In this document: piece by piece, positions 9,832 to 17,693 of the stretch
How the letters are laid out: every line of letters starts with the position of its first letter
How positions within the stretch are numbered: the first letter of the stretch is position 1
Origin: Candidatus Bathyarchaeota archaeon
GTDB taxonomy: Archaea; Thermoproteota; Bathyarchaeia; Bathyarchaeales; Bathycorpusculaceae
Direction: 5' to 3'
Length of the DNA: 64,000 nucleotides
Assembly (NCBI GenBank): GCA_963717465.1
Contig: OY970340.1
Location: forward strand, 2,560,001 to 2,624,000
Program-made: the position numbers and the translations under genes
The notes under the pieces: model-generated
Told to the model about the DNA's origin: nothing
Seen by the model: only the letters and a program-made list of their open reading frames with translations
Database searches by the model: none

Positions 9832-10911
9832 TTATGAGCTCCAATATTGTAGGTAGTATTTTACGAAGAGCTGTAGGTCTGCAAAGTTTATTTTTCCATC
9901 GTTGTTGAAATCGATTGCCGCAGTGTAGGCTCCGTTTTGGTAATAATTGATGTAATCACGCACGAAAATTTGCAGATCTGCAAAGTTTACGATTCCGTCG
10001 CCGTTGAGGTCGCCAAATTGGGCAACTTGGAAGGTTGTGGTTTGCGACCCTTGGGTTCCTACGTAGGTTCCTGATGAGTAAGCTGCATATGGATAGTTTG
10101 CTGTTGAGTAAACGGTGTAGTTTCCTAGGACGCAGTTACCTTGGTTGGGAAGTCTGAAGGTAAAGTTGTAGTAATGGTCAACTCCGTTTAGGCTGTAGGT
10201 AGTTGGGGCAGTGCCTGGGAATGGTGTGCCGCCTGTTATCGTGAATTGGAAGGTTTTTTCCATGGCCAATGGGACTCCGCCGTTGCTTGGCCAGTCTGAG
10301 TATACGTTTACGTAAGCGTATACTGTTCCGTAATGCGCCCAGGAATCGATGAGGAAGTTTGTTTGAATGAATGAGGATGAATATGCGCCTACGTTTAGTG
10401 TGGCGTAAGATAGCGCGATTGGTACCCCGTTGCTGTCGAACATGTTTACCGTTACGAGCATTGGTTGGATTGTGCCTTCGTTGTTTATTACTTGGACGTA
10501 GTATGATGGGGTTTCTTGGTTGGAAGCTGTTGGCATTGGTATGCTTGTGATTTGGTTACCTCCAGCATTGCATAAGTAGGATGCGTTTATGTCTGCTGGT
10601 ATGTTGTATGGTATGACGTTACCTGTGCTGATAGTTCTTACTACAAGGGTGTTTCCGTTAGGGTCTTGAATTTGTACTCCTGCTAAACCGTCGTTTGGAT
10701 AAAAGTTGGTGCCTGCGTTGTAGTTCATGCTTCCGATGAATGTTACGATAGAGTATCTATCGTACAGACTGCTGTCATTGTAAGCCGTTATAGTGCTTGC
10801 TGTGCTAGCCGTTAAAGTTAAAGTTAAAGTAGGGGTTTGTGCTCTTACCAACGTTACTGCCATAGGGGCTATTATTAAGCATAATAAAATGGAAATAAGT
10901 TCTTTTCTCAT
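9832..10911 (-). CDS. Secreted protein with shared beta-sandwich module and C-terminal dockerin-like module
   Basis: Signal peptide; IDSWAHYGTVYAYVNV...PSNGGVP motif; GDLNGDGIVNFADLQIFV...IDFNNDGKINFADLQLFV. Confidence 0.85.
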   Translation of the reverse strand: MRKELISILLCLIIAPMAVTLVRAQTPTLTLTLTASTASTITAYNDSSLYDRYSIVTFIGSMNYNAGTNFYPNDGLAGVQIQDPNGNTLVVRTISTGNVIPYNIPADINASYLCNAGGNQITSIPMPTASNQETPSYYVQVINNEGTIQPMLVTVNMFDSNGVPIALSYATLNVGAYSSSFIQTNFLIDSWAHYGTVYAYVNVYSDWPSNGGVPLAMEKTFQFTITGGTPFPGTAPTTYSLNGVDHYYNFTFRLPNQGNCVLGNYTVYSTANYPYAAYSSGTYVGTQGSQTTTFQVAQFGDLNGDGIVNFADLQIFVRDYINYYQNGAYTAAIDFNNDGKINFADLQLFVKYYLQYWSS

Positions 10912-11268
10912 TTTGTCAACTCCCTTCTAAGTAGGGTTTCTTGACTGGACTATTTAGCGTATCCGAAATATTATATTGAGACCTAAATTGACTCTATATA
11001 GAGAGCCATTGCTAAATGAAAAAAGGGGCAAGGAGTAATTCAGTTGTTTCATCTGGAATTCACGCTAATTTTTTTATTTGTTTAAGTTCGGCAAATAATT
11101 CTAAAGTTGATAAGTAACTTGCCGAAATTGATTATGTAATAATTTGTTGCTATTAGTCACGTGGATTTGCTTGCTTGTTTTTTCCGTTTGAGTGATTGTA
11201 GAGAAGTAGTATGATTGACTTTTGGTTTATTAAGCAATGATAAGAAGTTGTATTTTGCTCATTTATTT

Positions 11269-11284
11269 AAAAAAAAAAGAAAAA
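11269..11284 (-). terminator. Oligo-T tract downstream of the two-cohesin gene
   Basis: A-run on + strand (T-run on coding strand) ~22 nt past the stop, typical of archaeal terminators. Confidence 0.4.
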
Positions 11285-11305
11285 GGGTTGGTTGTTTTGT
11301 TTTGT

Positions 11306-13546
11306 TTAGCTTGGTGTGTAACCGATTGTGAAGGTTCCATCGGATTCTGGGCAGTATGGTAAAGCTCCGTTAGCTGAGTTTGCTGGATTAGCGTTGAATA
11401 TGTTCACGTGAACTGTTGCAGTTCCACCGAATGCATAGATTGGGATTGGCAGAGTGATTGATCCAGAAGATACTGTGCTGCTTGCGATTCCGCTAACGCC
11501 TGCGACTGTTGAGCTTTCTTCACCTGAGTAGACTGGTACGCCGTTAGCATCTGTGACTGTGTAGGTTATGTAGTAGAGTTGGGTGCTTTGGGAGATTGTT
11601 GTGATTGGAATGCTTAAGGTTGCATGGTCTCTACCTCTGGCAACTAATGAACTAACTGATACTTGACCTAAGGTAAGAGTGTAGCCGTATTGGAAGTTGA
11701 ACGAACTGCTTACAATGACCTGAGCGACATCGACGGTTGCGGTAACTTCGTAGGTTCCGAATGACATTACTCCACTGCCGTCGTTTGGTAGACGGTATTG
11801 TACAACTGCGATACCAGAGCCATTTGTATATTCAACGAATGTAGCGATAACGTCAGTTGAATTGTAGATGGTGAATGTTACTAGTTTGTCTGTTACTTCT
11901 CCGCCGTTGAATTCAACGAATGCTGCGAGATTCATTATTTGCTGTGGTGCATAAGAATCAACTGTTGTAGTGCTGTTGAAAATTCCCTGGCCTGTTGGAG
12001 ATTTGTATGGAAACGCTGTTGTGGTTGCATTGTTAACTATGTAGAGGTTTATTTGTGCGCCGGCAGAGGTTGGTGAGATTATGCCTGGTGCGATTGTTAG
12101 TGTGGCTGTGTTGGTGTTCACGTAGCTTGAATCAGTTGTTGTTGCGGTTGAAACTGTCAAGGATACAACTATGTTTCCGTTAACCACTGAGGGTGCATTG
12201 AATGAAATGCTACTTCCTGTTCCTGTTGCGATTGTTGTTCCACCGTTTGTTACTGTCCATGAGTATCCGGTGATTGGTACAGTGGGGTTAACTGGGTTCG
12301 CTAATGGGTCATATCCTGGGACTGAGGATAGTGCATTCATCGTGAATGGTTGACCTGCTATGTATGTGGAGCTTCCTTCATTGGTGATGACTGCTGTTGG
12401 GGCTTGTGCTGCTGGTGCTGTGCTTCCGATGTACATGAAGTTGTTTAATGCATTAACGGGTTCACTAATCTCATTGTTGTTGACTAGGGTTGGGATGCCT
12501 GGTGACAGAGTGATTGCACTATTGGCGTAGTTGATTACTTCGAAGGTTAAGGTGCACATTACGCCTGCTGTGTTTGTGGCTGTTGTGTTAGAGAGGTATA
12601 TGTCGCTAATTCCTTGTTGTACTGTACCTGCAATGTTGTCAATGAAGCCGGGTACGAATAAGGTTGAGCTGCCGTTATAGAGGCCTGGTGCAGCGTTCAT
12701 GTAGGATCCTTCAGTTATGGTTTCGAGCTGAAGGACTGCTGGATTCCAGCTGACGCCGATGTTCCATGCCCAAACTGGTTCGTTTAATTCATTGTTCATG
12801 TATAAGTCAACGCTGAAAGTGTTGTTTATCGGATTTGTTCCACTTGGGAATTGGTATGATGCTTGGTTTGTTGTGCCGCCCGTGCCGCTGAGGACTGCGC
12901 TAATTGTGGTTATCTGTAGGTTGTAGATCGCGTTTGCATAGGCAAATCCTGAAGATGTCCCGGTTGGATAAAGGTTTGTGGATGTTGCTGTTGTTGTGGT
13001 TCCAGTGGTTGCCACTAAGTAGAACGGATTGTTACCGGTAGTATCGAAAGTAATGTTGCTTTGACCGCTGGCAATGACTTGGAATGTGATTTGGCCTAAG
13101 ACTACAGCGTTACCTGGTGAAATTGTGGCAGATGCATTAGATGTATTCGCGATTGTTTGAGCAAAGTCATATTCATTACTTCCAGTTGCAACGTCTGCAG
13201 ATACTAGTTTGCTAGTCCAGCATGAGCCGTCGTTACTAGACACAAATTGAAGGACTGCTGGATTGTAAATTATTCCGTATGTTGCTCCACTGATGCCGCC
13301 TGAAATATAGCTTGCATTATCGAGTCTGATGTCAACGGTAAACTGCGAGCCGATTGCTGATTGTGGTATGTACGATGTTACCGATGACCCAGCAGCGCCA
13401 GTTGGCACAATGCTGAGTACTGGTATTGTGCCGCTTTCGTTTTGAGCTTTGACTGCGGGCACAATAGCCATTAGCATTGACATGACCATAAAAAGGGCCA
13501 AGACCAAAGCTAATATGGATTTGGTTTTAAACATTTTTAGTTTCAT
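11306..13546 (-). CDS. Scaffoldin-like secreted protein: two cohesins + PKD-like + shared C-terminal module
   Basis: Cohesin 1 resembles copies A-C; cohesin 2 (FSVDLYM...VWAWNIGVSWNPAVLQLETITEGSYM...GVMCTLTFEV) resembles that of 7239-8396; ends IPIYAFGGTATVHVN...GALPYCPE. Confidence 0.85.
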   Translation of the reverse strand: MKLKMFKTKSILALVLALFMVMSMLMAIVPAVKAQNESGTIPVLSIVPTGAAGSSVTSYIPQSAIGSQFTVDIRLDNASYISGGISGATYGIIYNPAVLQFVSSNDGSCWTSKLVSADVATGSNEYDFAQTIANTSNASATISPGNAVVLGQITFQVIASGQSNITFDTTGNNPFYLVATTGTTTTATSTNLYPTGTSSGFAYANAIYNLQITTISAVLSGTGGTTNQASYQFPSGTNPINNTFSVDLYMNNELNEPVWAWNIGVSWNPAVLQLETITEGSYMNAAPGLYNGSSTLFVPGFIDNIAGTVQQGISDIYLSNTTATNTAGVMCTLTFEVINYANSAITLSPGIPTLVNNNEISEPVNALNNFMYIGSTAPAAQAPTAVITNEGSSTYIAGQPFTMNALSSVPGYDPLANPVNPTVPITGYSWTVTNGGTTIATGTGSSISFNAPSVVNGNIVVSLTVSTATTTDSSYVNTNTATLTIAPGIISPTSAGAQINLYIVNNATTTAFPYKSPTGQGIFNSTTTVDSYAPQQIMNLAAFVEFNGGEVTDKLVTFTIYNSTDVIATFVEYTNGSGIAVVQYRLPNDGSGVMSFGTYEVTATVDVAQVIVSSSFNFQYGYTLTLGQVSVSSLVARGRDHATLSIPITTISQSTQLYYITYTVTDANGVPVYSGEESSTVAGVSGIASSTVSSGSITLPIPIYAFGGTATVHVNIFNANPANSANGALPYCPESDGTFTIGYTPS

Positions 13547-13589
13547 TGTTTATTTCTCTCTCCTTTCATGATTTGAAAAAAGTAGGGGA

Positions 13590-15161
13590 TTATTGTCCCA
13601 CTACCAAGGGGTTTACGTAGAGTGGGTTGTAGACTATGTAGTAATTCACGTAGGTTTTCACGAATCCTTGTAGGTCTGCAAAGTTTACTTTGCCGTCAGC
13701 GTTAAAGTCACAGTATGGGTTGTATGCTCCTTTAGTGTAGTATGCGATATAGTTGGCTACGAAGTATTGAAGGTCAGCAAAGTTCACTTTACCGTCAGGA
13801 ATAGCCTGAGTCTGAGTTGACAGAAGACCCTGAGATGGACCATAGGTGTTCAAGTTGGAGTCAATCGGTAGTTGACCTGCCATGTCACAGCGATCCAGCG
13901 GGATATAGCCTTGATCAGCAACAAAGTTGCTTGCACCTGAACCAACTGCAGTTGCCGTAGGATTTGCACCTCCAGTTGTCGTGTTATCAGCCATCATGTA
14001 AGCTATCCAAACACCGGTCACTAAGCTTTGAGGATTGCTTGTAACTGGTACATTTGGAAGGTCTTCCCATAGCCATCTCCATGCAAAGTACGGATCAGTT
14101 GCAGCGTAGCCTTTAATGCCTGAGTAAGCCCAGATAACGTTTGCTTGACTGCATACAGTGTAAGGACTCCAAACGGGTGCTACTGTCCATTGACCAACTG
14201 TGCCAGACGGCCCGTAATAGTGTATCATAGTGCTTCCAGAGCTTCCGTCGCTACCACTTCCGGTTGGCTGTTGAGTGTTGAAGGCAATGTTTGCTGGAAT
14301 AACTTGACCATAGGTTTGTAAGTAGCCTAAGGATAAGAAGCCTACAGAGCCTGAAGTAGTGTCAACTGCTTGCCATTCTTGATAGTTTGTCTGTTCATAA
14401 GTGTAAGTTGCCATGTTTTCTGAACCATCAGCAGTTCCACTTGTCTTGTGAACAAAGGTAAAGCCGTTTGGTGAGGCAAAGTATGTGTTGAAGCAGTCCA
14501 TAGTTCCACTGGTTGGGTCTCTAACTATGCGGGTGATTGGCTCAGTTAATTCAGCTGATGTCAAGCCTGCGGTTGAGATGCTTTGGTTAGTCAAGAAGTC
14601 ACCCCATGTATTGAAGTAACCTGGAGCAACGTTGCCCTGACCGCCTATGGTTGTATTACTCTGGACATTGTTTGCGAATGGTGTAGTGTCTGAGAAGAGC
14701 AAAGCAATTTGGTAAGTAGTGAAATTCGTTGGGAGCCAAGACATGTCTGGACTAAAAATCGGAACAACACTGTCAACACCGACAGCATAGATTTGCAAGT
14801 TGATCAGAGCAGAATTTTTCCACTCGGCAGAACTGCTTGCTGGAGGCTTTGACATTTCGCCAATATCTGCTGTTCCAGCGGCTAGTGCCGGCATGGCAGT
14901 TCCACTACCCTGCTGGGCTATGTTTATTGTACTAATGGCATAACCACCAGTAACAGATGAGCTCAAACTGGCCCAATAACTGCCAAAGCTGTTTGATTCT
15001 TCAACTGCAATTGGTCCAACTGTGCTTGAACCAACTATCGTCAGCGTATTTGCTTGGTATAAATTGCCACTTGTTGATGCGTTAGCCATTGCGCTTGCTA
15101 CAGAAAATGCTAAGATTGCTACCACTAATGTAGATAAAATTATTTTTTGGTTTAAATTCAA
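13590..15161 (-). CDS. pstS: Phosphate ABC transporter substrate-binding protein fused to a C-terminal dockerin-like module
   Basis: PstS motifs LTIVGSSTVGP, QGSGTA, ADIGEMSKP, VGVDSVV, RDPTSGT, VGFLSLGY; C-terminal DGKVNFADLQ twice. Likely start is TTG 15161 after an AGGAG SD (ORF track extends to 15212). Divergent from pstC. Confidence 0.85.
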   Translation of the reverse strand: MNLNQKIILSTLVVAILAFSVASAMANASTSGNLYQANTLTIVGSSTVGPIAVEESNSFGSYWASLSSSVTGGYAISTINIAQQGSGTAMPALAAGTADIGEMSKPPASSSAEWKNSALINLQIYAVGVDSVVPIFSPDMSWLPTNFTTYQIALLFSDTTPFANNVQSNTTIGGQGNVAPGYFNTWGDFLTNQSISTAGLTSAELTEPITRIVRDPTSGTMDCFNTYFASPNGFTFVHKTSGTADGSENMATYTYEQTNYQEWQAVDTTSGSVGFLSLGYLQTYGQVIPANIAFNTQQPTGSGSDGSSGSTMIHYYGPSGTVGQWTVAPVWSPYTVCSQANVIWAYSGIKGYAATDPYFAWRWLWEDLPNVPVTSNPQSLVTGVWIAYMMADNTTTGGANPTATAVGSGASNFVADQGYIPLDRCDMAGQLPIDSNLNTYGPSQGLLSTQTQAIPDGKVNFADLQYFVANYIAYYTKGAYNPYCDFNADGKVNFADLQGFVKTYVNYYIVYNPLYVNPLVVGQ

Positions 15162-15269
15162 TTTTAAACTTCTCCTTTCTCTCTTTAAACAATTGAACGA
15201 TTGCTCGTTCAAGCATCAATTAAAGGCAAAAAGAATATCTTTCTTGCCGACGTAGTTTATATTTAACAA

Positions 15270-15329
15270 TTTAGACTATAGTCTAAAAAAGTAACAACTA
15301 GAAAACAAGTAATCCCTAATTAGACTATA
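15270..15329. promoter_or_regulatory. Perfect 18-bp palindrome plus repeated half-site in the pstS/pstC divergent promoter
   Basis: TTTAGACTATAGTCTAAA at 15270-15287; TTAGACTATA repeated at 15320-15329. Confidence 0.6.
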
Positions 15330-15408
15330 AATAATAAATAGATAAACAATATCTGTCCATTTTCAGTCTTTTCAACTATATGAGGAGACTAGGGAAGCAG
15401 AATTATTA

Positions 15409-16284
15409 ATGGACTATAAAAGATTAAGAGAAAATCTAATCAGACACGGCTTATTTATCTGCGCTGTTTCTTCAATCGTAATAGTGTTCACCATCGTAGC
15501 CCTCATTTTGAATTACGGATACCCAGATTTTTCCCAATGGTTTGCCACCGGGTTCTATGCGTCAAGCTGGAATTCATACATTTGGCCCTTCATATGGGGT
15601 TCATTATACGTCTCCTTAGGAGGGACAGCCTTGGGCCTTGTAATAGGTATACCTTGCGCAATTTACATGGCGGAATTTGCAAATATACGCGTAAGAAACA
15701 TTTTGAAGCCATCTTTGGAGGTTTTAAACGGCTTCCCTTCAATCATAATAGGAATCATAGGCCTTACTCTTCTAGTAGACCAACCAGAGCTACCTCACCA
15801 ACTTCAAGGTCAAGGAACCATCCTTTTCGCATGGATAATTCTGGGAATAATGGCAATACCATTAATCGCCAGCCTCGCAGAGGATGCTATAAGATCTGTT
15901 CCTTATGAACTAAAAGAAGCCTCCCTTGGATTAGGCGCCACACGCTGGCAAACAGTAACAAACGTTTTGGTGCCTGACGCAATGTCCGGCATTTTAACGG
16001 CAACTTTGTTAGCATTTGGCAGTGGAATAGGCGAAACCATTGCCGTCTATTACGTTGTCGGACAACAAACAGGTAGCGCTCCAGCCTTTCTTTTTAATCC
16101 AATAACACGAAGCAACACGCTCACCGTTTTAATGTATATGAGCAAAGGAGACCAGGGGTTAGTGCCAGGAAACCCGGGAACAAATCTAGTTTTTGCAATA
16201 GCCATTATAGTATTAATCATAACAGCCGCAATAAACATTATCATAAGAAGGTTATCTTCCCGTAATAAAAAATCAGGCGGATAA
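15409..16284 (+). CDS. pstC: Phosphate ABC transporter permease PstC
   Basis: AIYMAEFA, LKPSLEVLNGFPSIIIG and EAA loop EDAIRSVPYELKEASLGLGATRWQT. Confidence 0.9.
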   Translation: MDYKRLRENLIRHGLFICAVSSIVIVFTIVALILNYGYPDFSQWFATGFYASSWNSYIWPFIWGSLYVSLGGTALGLVIGIPCAIYMAEFANIRVRNILKPSLEVLNGFPSIIIGIIGLTLLVDQPELPHQLQGQGTILFAWIILGIMAIPLIASLAEDAIRSVPYELKEASLGLGATRWQTVTNVLVPDAMSGILTATLLAFGSGIGETIAVYYVVGQQTGSAPAFLFNPITRSNTLTVLMYMSKGDQGLVPGNPGTNLVFAIAIIVLIITAAINIIIRRLSSRNKKSGG

Positions 16285-16311
16285 ACTCCAAAAAAGCAGG
16301 AGGCAGAAAAA

Positions 16312-17673
16312 TTGAAACTACAACTTAGAAAAACGATAACAAGTACAATCAAATACTTCAAAAAAAAGGAAAGAGCAAGCTTGCTATCGGGGAGCCTTCT
16401 ATTTATTTCGGGCGTTATCGCTATAGTCCCAGGAATACTCCACCTTTACAGCAATGTCCTAACTCAACCCATAAGCCTAATACAATTTGACACATCGGTT
16501 ACCGAAACAGCAATCTCATTGCTCTTAATACTTCCAAGTCTAGTTCTTTTTTGCATAGCATACATGCTTTGGGAAAATCATTCCTTAGGCTGGAAACTAT
16601 CTACAGGAACCGCTGTGCTGACTGCAGTATTAGCCTTTGCCGGGTATGTGCCTCTTGAATTTGCACTATCAATATCAGCCCTAAGTGCTATTGCAGCAAT
16701 AATTGAATTTCGAAATAAGAATAAAATGAAAGATTCACCGATTGTAATTGAAAAGTTGGCAATGTTCGGACTTAAACTTTCTGGGCTCTTCTGCATGGTT
16801 CTCTTAGTAGGGATAATTTTTTATATAGTCATCCGAGGTTCACCTGTTTTATCCGTCGAGTTCGTAACTGGCAGCAATTGGGTTTGGAGCAATGGCTTTG
16901 AATTCGTGGCAGGTACGACAAGTTTAGGAGGAGGAATAAGAGACTCTATAATTGGCACATTTCTGTTTGTTGCTGTAAGCGAAGTCATAGCTATTCCACT
17001 GGGCGTTGGAGCAGCCATTTACCTATCTGAGTACTCCAAACAAAATAGGATCGTTAATGTTATTCGTTTTTTCATTGAGATACTTGCAGGGGTGCCCTCC
17101 ATAATTATTGGATTGGTTGGGGTCGTCATCTTCGCAACGGAATTAAAATGGGCTTATACTTTGCTTGGAGGCGGAATAGCATTAGCAATGATGATTTTGC
17201 CATTTAACATTCGAGTTACGGAAGAAGCCTTGAAGTCAGTCCCGTCATCTTTCAGAGAAGCCTCTTTTGCCCTTGGAGCGACACAATGGCAAACCGTAAG
17301 AAGGGCAGTGCTTTTCGCAGCGTTACCAGGAATAATAACGGGTATTTTGCTAGGAGTAGGAGGAGTCATGGGAGAAACAATGATTTTAGTGCTTATCGGC
17401 TCTGAAACAAGTGCAAACTTCGTAGGCGCAGCAACTTCGATATCGTATTTGGCAAACATCGAAAGATTTTTCTTATCGCCATGTCCAGCCCTAACCATAT
17501 TTATAAACAACGTCTATAACGTAAGCACCAATACTCGACTTACCAACCAAACATTTCAGTTGGGGTCCTTGGCTTTTGCTGGCGCAACCGTCCTAATCGC
17601 GTTATATCTAGCCATCTGCATTATTGCAATGGTAGCAAGAAACTACTTAAACAAGAAAATAAAAGGGCAATAA
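16312..17673 (+). CDS. pstA: Phosphate ABC transporter permease PstA with N-terminal membrane extension
   Basis: PLGVGAAIYLSEY, LAGVPSIIIG, TEEALKSVPSSFREASFALGATQWQT; about four extra N-terminal hydrophobic segments. Confidence 0.9.
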   Translation: MKLQLRKTITSTIKYFKKKERASLLSGSLLFISGVIAIVPGILHLYSNVLTQPISLIQFDTSVTETAISLLLILPSLVLFCIAYMLWENHSLGWKLSTGTAVLTAVLAFAGYVPLEFALSISALSAIAAIIEFRNKNKMKDSPIVIEKLAMFGLKLSGLFCMVLLVGIIFYIVIRGSPVLSVEFVTGSNWVWSNGFEFVAGTTSLGGGIRDSIIGTFLFVAVSEVIAIPLGVGAAIYLSEYSKQNRIVNVIRFFIEILAGVPSIIIGLVGVVIFATELKWAYTLLGGGIALAMMILPFNIRVTEEALKSVPSSFREASFALGATQWQTVRRAVLFAALPGIITGILLGVGGVMGETMILVLIGSETSANFVGAATSISYLANIERFFLSPCPALTIFINNVYNVSTNTRLTNQTFQLGSLAFAGATVLIALYLAICIIAMVARNYLNKKIKGQ

Positions 17674-17693
17674 AGAAAGAGAAAGACGAAAAA

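Noticed and set aside
11087..11126. TTCGGCAA-N24-TTGCCGAA inverted repeat as an ncRNA or operator
   Set aside because: Only 8 bp with a long spacer and no second occurrence noticed.
1..15161. A true cellulosome
   Set aside because: No dockerin-bearing glycoside hydrolase or clear carbohydrate-binding module recognised; the cargo is PstS and Ig-like proteins.
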